Origin: Trichosphaerium sp. ATCC 40318
Lineage: Eukaryota > Protista > Tubulinea
Assembly: GCA_038496445.1 (NCBI GenBank)
Contig: JALMLS010000540.1
Span: 62,001-126,000, forward strand
Direction: 5' to 3'
Length of the DNA stretch: 64,000 nucleotides
In this document: one piece after another, positions 40,901 to 53,000 of the stretch
How the letters are laid out: each line of letters begins with the position of its first letter
How positions within the stretch are numbered: the stretch's first letter is position 1
Translations under genes and position numbers: made by a program
The notes under the pieces: model-generated
Told to the model about the DNA's origin: nothing
The model's input: only the letters and a program-made list of their open reading frames with translations
The model's database searches: none

Positions 40901-42884
40901 GCTTATGTCTTTTTAAGCCTGATTGTGGTCACCGTGGTACCAAAAAGAGATTTTGTTTGAAGTGTTTATGGAATAGATACCTACATACGGGATACGACAT
41001 TTCGTGTCAACAGAAGCCGTGGAGTGTGCGTTTCTGGTTTTTTTGTTGTAGAATTTACCTTTTTTTTTTTGACATTTTTGGTTTGCTTTCTGACCTTTGT
41101 ACTAGTGCCATGCGTGCACGAAAATATGTAATTGTAAACGATGCATCCATGATAGAGGTGAGGATTGGGAGACTAGTAAATTAACGTTAAACGTAAGTGA
41201 CCCTGAGAACAGGCCTTAGCAGCTTCTCTTTTTTTGGGTAGTTTATTTTGATTCAGCTTATTTTGTGTTAGGGCAAGCTATTCAATGACCTGATGGTATT
41301 TACGCCATCTTCAGATGAGCTATCAAGTAAGGGAATTGCATACCTCGCTGCTTGCGATGTACCACCTAAACAACGTACCCCAGGTGTACGTATACTTCTC
41401 CAATTTCTCTTTTTTTTTCTAGTCTCATTTCTTTTTAGGGTGTTGAGTTAAACGGACAACAAGTCACTGAAAAGTATGAACCACCAGCTCACTGGAAAGA
41501 CGAAAATACTGCTGTTTGGGGAGGTAAAGGCAAAGGTAAGGGCTAACTTTCCAAAGTAGAAGCTTGGTAGTCGCTCCGCACAACATCCTTTTTGCAAGTC
41601 ACTTATTGCAACTTTTAGGAAAACGTGCAGTACCTAAAGGAAGTCCTACTTCTCCTAATAAAAAACAACGTATTGCATCTCCTAAGGGCGCACCTGAATC
41701 AGATGGAGTTGATGTTGAAGGTGAAGCTCATTTGAAAAACATTGGAGAAGATCTTGGAGAAATAGTCAAACACCAATCACCTATAACAAGTCCAAGATGT
41801 ACATCATCAAAATCAATCAAACGACAACCAAAAAAGAATACACCTAAGAAACCTAAACAAAAAGCTAAAGCCTCTTCTACAATCTATAGAGACGAGTCTG
41901 AGTTTCCTCCTCTTGAAGACGAACCTTCAGACAGTGATGAGTTTGATCCTCTGGATGTAAACGATGAGGATGAGATAAGTGAAGATGACCAAGGCTCACA
42001 GTCTTCGGGTAATACTTTATCCCAACCTGAATATAAAGGACAGGGTTTACAAGAAGTGCCAATGGCAGAGCTTGGTCAGGAAACTTATAACTCGAGTGCA
42101 AACGTTCAAATGGCTGACCCCAATTACACAAATTCTCGTCTTGGACTGGACTATTCTTATAGCGCTGATTATGGACAACAACAACACCAACAGCAACAAC
42201 AACAGTACCAACAGCAACAGCAGGGCCAACAGCAACAACCTTACACAGGAGCTGCGTTTCCACAACCTTATACACAACCTACGTATCCTCAAGGCACGTG
42301 ATTTATTTTTTTGTTGCTGTTAGATTGTTGTCTTATATGCTTGTAGGTCCACCTGAACGGAATCTTAATGGAATGTCTAGAAGGCCTTTATTACCGCTAA
42401 ATGAACCTCCTGCAAAGAGACAACAGTTAAGTCCTGAAAGAACACCCACAACAGATGCCAGAATAAATCAACCAGCGATACAAAAATCACACTTTAAAGT
42501 TGATAATGTGGGTAATTTTGATGTACCTTTAGTACCTAGCACTAGACACGAGATACCAGGGTACGTAATGTTAAACCTCGATTTATCCTAATTTCTTCTT
42601 TTTTTTGCTCTTGTTTTTTGTTTTCTTTGAGAGCACTCGTAAGCCTTTATGTAACTGTATTGTAGGAGAAGTAATACCACCTTAGCCAATGATGATAATA
42701 ATAATAATATGGTGCCTGGTTGGTTTACAAGAGGTGTTTTCCGAGCTACTGTTCCACACAACACTACAAATGCTGGTACTCCTTTGTTTCCTAATGTATG
42801 TTTTTTGTATTGCATGTCATACTTATTTGTTGGTTTTTTTAGAGGAATGGTGTGTATAGTCAAGCTTGGCATCCACATGCTTGA
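37971..42884 (+). CDS. JmjC-domain protein with ZZ-like and 4CXXC zinc fingers (architecture resembles Dictyostelium CbfA); multi-exon
   Basis: LYGKDIECP, IYVGYHGNRTPAHRDICGSLGHNVM (HxD), GDFVLVPPEVAHQV (third Fe ligand), CNFCSCDIWNRCFHCDTC...FDLCMHCY, CHQCK...FCLKCLWNRY...CHACTKICNCKRC. Confidence 0.88.
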
Positions 42885-43334
42885 GTTGTAAATAAATATA
42901 AATGTAAAGGACATGTACAAAGAACGATTAAAAAAAATATTTTGAAGAAATATCTCTTTAGAAACATCCTATTTATATTCACTACGCGGTTACACGTGTT
43001 TTCTCTAATAATCACCCAAAGAACTCTACCTCCATCCCTTTTTTTTTTGAAAAAGGTGCGAAGTTAAGAAAACTTTTCTTTTGAAGGTTCCAACACGTGT
43101 ACCGCAGTATTGGTGCTCAAACTTGTTGTTCTTGAAACTCATACAGCGGGACGTATGCAATGTGCTACGGAGTTTCTCGTGAACAGCATTGTTAAAGTAC
43201 TTCGAGTCTTGAAGGCAGTGGAGATATAAATAGGGATTTTGCGTGATGATAGAGAATTTCCAAGTGTTGGTTTTTTCGTATTAACTGATTACTGCCGCTG
43301 ACCGGCATTAAATTACTACGTACAGAGCAATAAC

Positions 43335-45232
43335 ATGTTGTCTCACGCTTTAGTATTATTTGCGTTGATTTATCTGGTAAACAGTCAAGCAGGTGTATTC
43401 CAAACACCAAAACCAGTAAGCCCCTTACCAAGGTACAGTTGTTTGTTTTCGAAAAACAGCAAAGAAAAAAAAAAAAGAGTCGTCACGTGTACAACTCGAA
43501 CAAAATATTTTCTAACCTTTCTCCTGTAGAGGTAGTGGAGAGCTAGCAGCAAACAGATATCCAAGTACGCAAATTAGCATTGTCTGAATTCGCCACAAAA
43601 CTCTTTTTGACAAAGAAAAAACCTCGCTTGTATTGCTTCTTACGTTTGTCTTTAGACCCTCCTAAACGTTTCTATGTATTTGGCGGAGTCATAGATAGAT
43701 CTGAATCTAATAGTACTGGATGGATCTTTTTAAATGATATTTGGCGTTGTAACATAGCAAACGCTCTGATAGAACCTTTTCAGTGTATTTGGAAAAGGGT
43801 ACAACTCTTTTAGTTTTTTTGGGACTTCTTCTCATGCAGAGTGCTCTTTAATAACCTCATCGTAGTTTAATGTACATCCCAATGCTGTTGTGCCTACTGC
43901 CAGATCTTTCGCTTCAACGTAAGTGCCTTGATGACGCTATCATTTCTTGTAAGTTAAAATGTGCACAATATTAGGGGTGTTGTAACAAAAATGGGTAAAG
44001 ACGTCGTTCTGGTTTACGGTGGTGGTCTTTTTGATGATACCCAGGGGATGGTAGCTCCTGCTACAGATAGTTTTTATAAATTCACAACAGTTAATGGTAC
44101 GTATAGCGCTACTTAGATAAAGTAACGATTTTGTCTAATTTTTGGTTTGTTTTGGCATTTTGTTTTATTTTTAGCAACAATTCGAATCACATGTGTTAAC
44201 ACGTGGTTTAGGAAAATGGACTGATCTTACAAGCCAAGTACCTGCAGGTCTTGGCGCTCGATTAGGAGCAGCATCTACGACCTACAAAAAGAAATACTAT
44301 GTATTTGGTGGTATCAATGGCTTTTTTCAAGCACTTGATGACCTCTGGGTTTATGATTCAGTAACTGAACTCTGGCAACTAGTTGCTGAGCCACCAGCTA
44401 AGCGTAGCTTGCCTATGACGATCTCACCTGAAATTCTTGCGAAGGCGTTACATGGGAGCTTGAAGAGGGACTTTCCTTTTAATGTTGCAAAATCTTCACA
44501 GTCAACTTCAATTGAAGCAGATGATGCCAAGCGCAGTTTAGTGTTCCCTTCAGCTAGGTTTACAAGTGGTCTCGAAACTATTAAAGGTGGGGACGCATTG
44601 TGGATGTATGGTGGCGCTGCTTTCGCCCCAGGATTCGTTTTTATTGGAGACGTTTGGTACATTGTTTAAAAAAACCTGATCGAAGCGTACTTACTTATTC
44701 TGTTTTAGGGAATACGATCTTACAACTGATATGTGGACACAACTGTATGACCCTTCAGCCCCAGGATCAACTGTAGCGCCAAGGTAAGATAGGGGCATTG
44801 AGCGTGTAAAAGAAAGCCTTATATCTCTCTTTGTTATGAAAGGATTTTTTTTTTCTGTTCAAGCAGTTAATGCTTTTCCTTTCAGATCTTTTTTCGCTAC
44901 TTCTTCGGACAAAAAAGGAGATACTGTGTACCTTTATGGAGGAGATGAGCAACCTCAATTCATACAAAACGAGGTATTGTTAACTTAGCATCTAGAAAAC
45001 CCAGCTGTGTTTATCAACTTTGAGCTTCTAACTCTTCTTATAGCTTCTTTCATGGGATGTGACCGCTCAGGACTGGACAGTCGTACCTCTTTCCGGAGAT
45101 GTACCACCTCCTTTGTACAGAACTGCAGGTGTAAACGCTAATGATGATTTCTACATTGTTGGTGGTTATGACAGGCCAAATGGACAAGATATGCCTGTTT
45201 TTGCTGAAACTATTTACAGAACAGAGTTTTAA
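43335..45232 (+). CDS. secreted kelch-repeat protein; multi-exon
   Basis: Signal peptide; blades FYVFGG...NDIW, VLVYGG, YYVFGG...DDLWVYD, LWMYGG...GDVW, YLYGG, FYIVGG. Confidence 0.85.
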
Positions 45233-45905
45233 GAATAAGAATAAAAATTTATAGACATTTGATCTTTGAAGAAGGAGGAACCTTACTTCCTCTGAATAAA
45301 AATCCTAAGCTTAATAAATACCCAGTAGTACTACTATTAACTCTAAGAGAAAACCAAGTTGAAACGAAAGTTACCTCAAGGGTTCTGAAAGACACACGAG
45401 GTGGCTGTCATGCATTTCTTCTCGATGGTGAAACTGTTGAATAGGCCAGTGGTGAGTTACTAAAAGCTATATTTCGTTGAAGCACATATAACTGATGGCA
45501 ATGATCGTCCATCACCTGTCAAATTTGATTCGGGTGAAAACACTTACGAATTTCTTGAGAAAACGTTCTTAATTCATTTTTTAACAACAGTCGATAGTAA
45601 GCACCACGTATGGTCGACGACGTACGAAAAAACACTTACATAGCTGAAACTTAGTTGTAGCGAACTTGTTTATAAAAACTGTTTACGTTTTAGTATCGAT
45701 AAATATCGCGTTTAGTCAAGTCAAGGCTACAGGGAAAAGAAAAGTTAGTCGCAAACTGTGCTAAAAAACTTCTTCTTTTTCTATGTCAAAAGTCAACCCA
45801 ACTTGACTGACAAGACCCCTCCAAGCATGATTTGACTGAAATGCACGGTACCTTTCTTTGTCCATTGAAGTCTCTATTAGACTAACATTGTTTTTTTCTT
45901 AATAG

Positions 45906-46910
45906 GCTGGCGATACAAAGAATAAAAGAAAATACAGTAAATTGGGTTTACTGGATATTCCACGTGAAATTCAAACTTACATTTGTACTTTTAATGTGGA
46001 AGTATTCACAAAATTTCATACTCTATCAAAGAGAGCCGCAATTAATACACATTTTAATGAAACGTTGCAAAAAAGAGGAATATGGGTTAAACTGTATGAA
46101 AGTGGACAAATTATGCAAAAGTGCATGTATGTTGATGGTAAACTACAAGGTGAAAGTAAAGGCTGGCATGAGAATGGACAACTTGCAGATCATTCCATGT
46201 GGGTTGATGGTAAACTACAAGGTGAAAGCAAAGAGTGGTATGAGAATGGGCAACTTGCATACCATTCCATGTGGGTTGACGGTAAACTACATGGTGAAAG
46301 CAAAGAGTGGCATGAGAATGGGAAAATTTGGTACCATTTCGTGTATGTTGATGGTAAAAAACAAGGTGAAAGCAAAGAGTGGTATGAGAATGGACAACTT
46401 GCAGACCATTCCATGTGGGTTGATGGTAAACTACAAGGTGAAAGCAAAGAGTGGCATGAGAATGGACAAATAGAATATCAAGCTATGTGGGTTAATGGTG
46501 AGATCCATGGTGAAAGTAAAGAGTGGTATGAGAATGGACAACTTGACGAGCAAGGCATGTGGGTTGATGGTAAACTGCATGGCGAAAGTAAAGGCTGGCA
46601 TGAGAATGGACAACTTGCAGACTATTCCATGTGGGTTGATGGTAAACTACAAGGTGAAAGTAAAGCGTGGTATGAGAATGGACAAATTAAGCACCATTCC
46701 ACACGGGTTGATAGTAAACTACATGGTGAATGTAAAGAGTGGTATGAGAATGGACAACTTAAGCACTATTCCATGTGGATTGATGATAAAAGACAAGAAA
46801 GCAAAGAGTGGTATGAGAATGGACAACTTGCAGACCATTCCATGTGGGTTGATGGTAAACTACAAGGTGAAATCAAACGCTGGTATGAGAATGGACAACT
46901 TAAGGAGTAA
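45906..46910 (+). CDS. F-box-like N-terminus plus about 11 tandem 24-aa MORN-variant (MORN_2/YwqK-like) repeats; start codon probably on a short upstream exon
   Basis: LLDIPREIQTYICTF; repeat WYENGQLxxxxMWVDGKLQGESKE. An acceptor TTAATAG at 45905 opens the frame; a possible ATG is at 45783. Confidence 0.85.
   Translation, partial: AGDTKNKRKYSKLGLLDIPREIQTYICTFNVEVFTKFHTLSKRAAINTHFNETLQKRGIWVKLYESGQIMQKCMYVDGKLQGESKGWHENGQLADHSMWVDGKLQGESKEWYENGQLAYHSMWVDGKLHGESKEWHENGKIWYHFVYVDGKKQGESKEWYENGQLADHSMWVDGKLQGESKEWHENGQIEYQAMWVNGEIHGESKEWYENGQLDEQGMWVDGKLHGESKGWHENGQLADYSMWVDGKLQGESKAWYENGQIKHHSTRVDSKLHGECKEWYENGQLKHYSMWIDDKRQESKEWYENGQLADHSMWVDGKLQGEIKRWYENGQLKE
46090..46905 (+). repeat. 72-bp tandem coding repeat array
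   Basis: GAGAATGGACAA...GTTGATGGTAAACTACAAGGTGAAAG recurs every 72 nt. Confidence 0.92.
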
Positions 46911-47396
46911 TCAACTTTGGAAACGTTAACATAACTGTGAAGACAAATTTACACTAGAACGTCCTTGATTTCTTTACAATTTTAGCTTTTTTGATAGTGA
47001 ACAAGATAAATGCACATGTCAGTACAAATTAATAAACTGTCTGATTTTTAACCCTTACTGTATTTTTTTAGGCAAGAACTCAATTATTCTTTGCTCACCA
47101 AAGTCACTTCTTAAATTAACCAAGCGCTACTTTAGTCCGCAATATATACATAGTCAAAGGATATCAAGCATTTGGGGTAGTGGAAACTCGCAATAATGAG
47201 ACAATTGCTTCCAAAATCAGTCATCTTAATTTGATGCAAACCGAGGTGTGAAATGTCGATTTTATTTCACATGGGGGTAAATACCATTAAACCATTATTA
47301 AATAAATTATTGTAGCAATGAAATGGTAGTAACAGAGTTTGGCCATTAGCTCACAACAAAATGAGGAGTAAAGGTAAAAAAAAAACTTATTCAGAT

Positions 47397-48638
47397 TTAC
47401 TTTTTGTTGGTGAGTTGATACATAAATATCCCGTTAGCAACGCCAACATTTAAAGAATCTAATGGATATGGAGCATCGTTTGAATCAATTTTTAGTAAAT
47501 CATCACATTGCTGAATGACTTGTCTGCTTAAACCATGACCTTCATTTCCTAATTTTTTTAGAGAAAAAAGTCAATCAAATTGAGCTTACCGTAAACTAAC
47601 ACTGATGGCTCGTTTATTGAATATTCTCTGCATGATTTTGCATGAGTTCCTAAAGCTGTTCCTAGTATCTTCCAACCTCTTTCTTTACTTTCCTAATGAG
47701 AAAATAAGAAAACTTAATTACCTTAAGAACAAGAAAAAAACGCAGTACTTGTAAAAACTGAGGAATACTAGGCGTTGTATGTAATTTAACCATCTCAAGT
47801 GCTCCAGCAGATGTTTTAGCTACTGTAGGCGTTGGCGGACAACAATTCTTATCACTAAACAAATGCTGTTAGCCAATGTTCAGACACGTGTAACCAAAAT
47901 TGAAGTTTTTCTCACGTTGTTACAATATTCGTTACACCTAAAATAAACATAAGTCTTTACCACTTAACAGGAAGGTGAGATTACCAAAGTAAGCACAACT
48001 ACGTAGAATGGCACCAAAATTCTATAGAAAATTATGTAAGAACACATTCCGACTTATGACGTATGAAAAAAAACAAGCGTACTTGAGGATCTTGAACTTC
48101 AGATAAAATAACCCAAAGTTCATTCTTTTTTTTTTCTTCTTCTGTAGGCGGTGCCAAAGAAGGTACATAATCAACGTGTTTTGCAGATACATCCATAACA
48201 ACGTTTTGATGTTTTTTACCAGGTACCATCTTGTCCAACTTCTTTTTTTCAACAATCATGTACTTTCCTTTAAAAGTGGAATTAATCGTCTACTTTGGTA
48301 CAAACAAGTTCAATAATAGCGTTATACGCTTGATCAATTACCTTTTAAGTCTCTATAGAGCTCCTTGAGTTCAGACAGTTGCTTTCTAGTGAGTTCGGTT
48401 AAATATGCGTAATTAATTGCGAGTACCTCGTTTTACGGTCTTCTACATCGTGTATGTACAGTTGATATATCTTTTTGCGCGTTTTTGCTGACACAGCAGC
48501 TAAAATTGGTTGTATACCGTATAAATACTCCCCAATAGGTCTAAGTGTTCGTGGTATTGGTGCAGCCCACCTAACGGCAATCCGCGAGCCAGGACATGGT
48601 ACTATCTTAGAAACACGTCTGGATGCTTTAAAGAGCAT
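47397..48638 (-). CDS. MRM1: SpoU/TrmH-family rRNA 2'-O-methyltransferase, mitochondrial MRM1-like; multi-exon
   Basis: Basic presequence-like N-terminus; LYGIQPILAA, VQDPQNFGAILRSCAYFG, VAKTSAGALE, GNEGHGL, SLNVGVANGI. Confidence 0.85.
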
Positions 48639-48995
48639 TTATACCATGGCTATATGGCAAAGAAGCCAGATATTTACTGTTTTGATCAAATAAAGAACTT
48701 TGGAGATTTTCTCAAAAGGTCAAGCACCCAAATCTTACTTGATTCTTTCCAAAGTCATGAAGCAGGCAAAGTTACAGCCATAAATTGTAAAAGGTGACGG
48801 CGTCGCCCGACTTTGAAAAAGGACGTCCGTTACCTAACTCTGACAATTCGCAGCCTTGCAGTTGGTAACATTCCGGGCGTATTCTAACTTACTCGTTAAG
48901 CACTTTGAGATTCATCAATAGGCTAGGTTTGGTGTACATTCTTGAGTGAGACTACTTTGGACTTTTTACACATTTTTTCAAAAAAGAGCGCGAAC
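48639..48995. promoter_or_regulatory. probable bidirectional promoter between MRM1 and CAF-1 p60
   Basis: Divergent ATGs about 360 bp apart (positional inference only). Confidence 0.45.
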
Positions 48996-51917
48996 ATGCG
49001 ATTCAATACCTGCTTCATTTCTTGGCACGCCAATGATGAATCTGATAGTCTACCAGTGTTTTCAATAGACTGGCATTCATCTGGGCGTATTGCTACCGGT
49101 GGGGCTGATTTTACCGTTAAGGTTAATAAAAAATTGAATATGTATTTGCTGACGCGTGTAGGTATGGAAATGCGTCAAAAAAGAAAAAGGTACAGGCGTT
49201 GAATTTTTAGCAAACCTTAAAAGGCATACAAAATGCGTAAACGTGGTTCGCTTTTCTCCAGACGGTACGTATTCAGTTTCGTTGATCAATACTTTTCAAA
49301 AAGAAACCAACAAACTGTTTTAGGTAAATACCTTGCGTCTGCATCAGATGGTACGTATCCTTAACGCAATAAAAACAAAAAATAACGTTTAACAAGACGG
49401 AACAATTCTACTTTGGAAACTCGATCCAAACGCAGCGAAATCCACGTTAGATAAGGACTTAGCCATGAACAAAGAAACTTGGGTTGTTGCCAAGTCATTT
49501 AGGTATGATTACCGTCGTTAAAACACGTGTTATGTTTTTTGTTGACGATTTTAAACTCTTTTCGTTTTTTGATGTTTGACAGTTACATAGGTCAATGGGA
49601 GGTGTTGAAGTTTATGATATATGCTGGTCTCCTAACTCTAGATACTTATTATCAGGTTGTGTAGATAATACAGCGTGCATGTGGGACGTGAATACAGGTA
49701 CACGTTTTACGTTAAGAAATATTTAACTGACTGAAAAAAATCAAAAAAGGTCGATCTAAACAGATATTTTCGGATCATACGCACTATGTACAAGGTATGT
49801 CTACATCCATTTATAAAAATAAAATATTCCCAAGCAGAATAAAACCCACCTTGGTTCAGAATAAATTAAAAAAACTTACACTTTTTTTTTAACAGGCGTT
49901 TCTTGGGATCCTAGAGGGAATTATCTAGTTACGCAGAGCTCTGACCAAACAGCCCGATTATACAAACGTAAAGCCACAAGTGGTAAAGCGAAGCGTTCAG
50001 ATGTATTCAGATGTTGTGGTGTTGTCCAAAAGAGAGTTATATACGAGGTTTGCATTAAACTTCTTTTTTTTTGAAAAAACTCGTTTCACAAAAAATTTCG
50101 AATAACGTTCTCTCCAGGCGTCACAAAAGAACCCAAGTGCTACTACTACACAAACACCACAAAAGCCAAAATCCCATAACATGTTCTACAATGAGACAGC
50201 ATCAACGTAATGAGCTCATCAGTAACACTCGTAAAATTTTCTCATTTTTTTCCTTTTAGATTTTTCAGACGACCTTGTTGGTCTCCAGAAGGAAGCTTGT
50301 TATTCTTCCCAACTGCTAAATTTTTAAAGCTCTCTTCGTCTTCTGACGAAACTGCACCTCAGACTACTGAAGACACTCCTAAGAAGCGCTCTCGTGCACA
50401 AGGAGAGTACATAAACGCTACTTACGCATACGCACGTCAAGCCCTTGGAGGCACAGCCGAGGCAAGAAGGTACGTTCTATAAGGACCTCAAGAGAAATAT
50501 TTTCTCATTTCTCCGTTTTCTAGGCCTGCGATTTGTATTCCATCGCCTGAAGTTGTTACAACATGCGTACGATGCAATCCTATTCTTTTTAAACTCAAAG
50601 GTATGATTTTTTGCACGTCTACGCGAAGAAAATATTAAAAAAAGACTCTAGAAGGCACTACACCTGTATTTGGCCTTAAATATCGTATTGTTTTCGCTGT
50701 AAGCACGTTAACGTCGGTTTACATCTACGATACTCAACATAAACATCCTATCGCTGCATTTGCTAATATACACTACGCTGCAATCACAGACATGGTTTGG
50801 TACGTATTTTTATCCAACAGTTTCGCTTTTAAGCCTTTTCTTCTACATTTCCTCATTTCGCTTATTTCGACCCAACCACTTGCAAAAATGTTTTCTGAAC
50901 TCATGGATACGGCCATACAACCATGAAAACTCCGTGTCTCTTTCCGAACCGCGAAGATAAGCATGGTATGGCCCTGCCAGTACTTGGGTCCGTGAGGACC
51001 AGGGAACGTAGGGTGCTGTATTCATTTTGCTTTTTTTTCCTCTTTTCGAGTTCTACAACTACTGTAGCACGTGCTGTTCGCTACTACAACATACACTCAA
51101 GTTATTATACACTGCCGTTTTCTTTATGTGAACTTTTTTTACGTCAATCTTTTTCTTGATAGTTTTGACGTCTTGTTTCAGGTCTGAAGATGGATCTCTT
51201 CTAGGTATTAGTTCCTCGGATGGTTATTGCTCATTTGCTGTATTTGATGAAGGAGAGTTAGGCGATGCACTTCCTCAACAAGGTACACAAATCATTTTTT
51301 TATTACCGCCATCAAAAAACAAGAAATAAGAATCTCGTAAGGAATACTGTTTATTAACGGATTCTCCAGAGGTTGATGCTATCATGAGCTTCAAGAAGGA
51401 GATGCTCGCAGAGCAGACACCAAGAAAATCGCAAGCCCAAACACCTACAGCATCATCACCTTTAAAGCGTGTTGTACCTCAATCTCCTACATCGAACCCA
51501 TTAAAGCGTAAACTAAGCTTTAACGACTCTCAATCAAACAATGGAGGTAGTGCAAAGAAGATAAGACGTATACAGCCTACACTCATTACAAGACCACCTC
51601 AATCATCAAGCGATGCCGTAACACCTATTGGATCTCTTCCTTTGAATGGAGGAGCTTTCGGACATTCTTTGAAGCCTCAAGCTGTCTCTAAAGGCCCTAG
51701 GCGCATACAACCTACACTCATCAGTACTCCACTCAATGTACCTTCAGGAGGTCAAGCATCTGCTGATGCACCACAATCTAATGCTCCAAGACGTATACAG
51801 CCTACACTCATTAGTGCTCCTCTCAATGCATCTCCAGGAGGTCAAGTAGCCTCCACTGACGAAGCAAAATCAAATCCTCCAAGACGTATACAACCTACCC
51901 TTATTATTCTGGATTAA
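48996..51917 (+). CDS. CHAF1B: chromatin assembly factor 1 subunit B (p60/Cac2): WD40 repeats plus C-terminal B-domain motifs; multi-exon
   Basis: ISWH...[62 protein letters not shown]...SSSDGYCS, and RRIQPTLI four times. Confidence 0.9.
50905..51023 (+). rRNA. 5S rRNA: 5S rRNA gene, intronic
   Basis: 119 nt. The 5' GGATACGGC pairs with the 3' GCTGTATTC (helix I). It has CCATAC, CCGAAC in loop C, box A-like AAGATAAGC, loop E AGTA/GGAA and a GGTCC-GTGA-GGACC hairpin, and is followed by T-runs. Confidence 0.93.
51025..51038 (+). terminator. Pol III oligo-T terminator of the 5S gene
   Basis: TTTTGCTTTTTTTT, starting 1 nt after the 5S 3' end. Confidence 0.75.
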
Positions 51918-52300
51918 AACAACATTTTACAAAAAAACTTGTACAATAAAGCTAAAAACAAAAAAAAGGAAGAAAAACACCTTCAGAGCAACGCTGATTT
52001 ACTCTTCTTTGAAACAACGATTCTAAGGCTGTTAAGTCACCAGAGTTCACAATGTTTGTGATTATTCACAGCTTACCCTTCATTTACCTCCTCTCAAATA
52101 GATGCGAATATTTCCAGAATCTTTTTCTTTGTCTTTGCTTCCCAATCAAGGTATCGCCACGTGTATCATAGAGCAACTTGTTTTTCTTTATCCAAATGAT
52201 AGACAAAAGGCTGTATTAAGTGATACTTACTAAGTACGCTTGTATCACAAAACGCACGCGACTGCTCTTCCTAGGAATAACCTTCTCAAAAAGTTAGTAA

Positions 52301-52669
52301 ATGACGGAATACCATACAATGGAGGAAGCAAGTCAGCAACCTAAGAAACAGTGGTTTACAGAGCATAAACCAACAGCTTATATAGCTTTCGCTTCAAGGT
52401 GTATATGGCGAAGCGCACGTAAGATAAAGTATGATAAAAACCCTGCTAGCTCGTTTTGTTGGCTCTTGGTGGCAATTTTAGTGGCTCCTTTGGCTATAGC
52501 GTTTGATCTGATACATATGTTTCTTGTGATTGTATGCGCTCCGTTCTTTGTGGTAATGTGGATCGTGACGCTGGGGTGTTGTGGTCATATTCAATTTGGA
52601 GATGCTTTTTTTTCTTATGTTTTATTTTCGCCTCTGTTAATCTTTCTATTACCTTGTAAAAACCCTTAA
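52301..52669 (+). CDS. small intronless Cys-rich membrane protein of unknown function
   Basis: 122-aa ORF with long hydrophobic segments and AATAAA right after the stop. Confidence 0.65.
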   Translation: MTEYHTMEEASQQPKKQWFTEHKPTAYIAFASRCIWRSARKIKYDKNPASSFCWLLVAILVAPLAIAFDLIHMFLVIVCAPFFVVMWIVTLGCCGHIQFGDAFFSYVLFSPLLIFLLPCKNP

Positions 52670-53000
52670 AGCGAATAAAATAACAATATCCACAACTGTA
52701 ACTAACTAGTTAGTATGAGTAAAGTTTACTTGTGCCGTCTAGGAACACGTGATAGTTTTCGTAATCAGCAAACAACTTTTGGACACTTCACTTAACGAAA
52801 GTAAACGTTGCTTTGTTACCACTTACATCCAACATAACCTCCATTAAACTAATCCGTAGAATTTCGTGCAACATTGTAACGAAGATCTTTGTTTCGAATC
52901 TTGAAATCGGTGCCTATGCGCGGTAAAACTAGCTAGGTAAACTTTTCAACCGAAGAACTTATCCAACGAAAACGCTTAGTATAGGGCATAAGATGACTAT

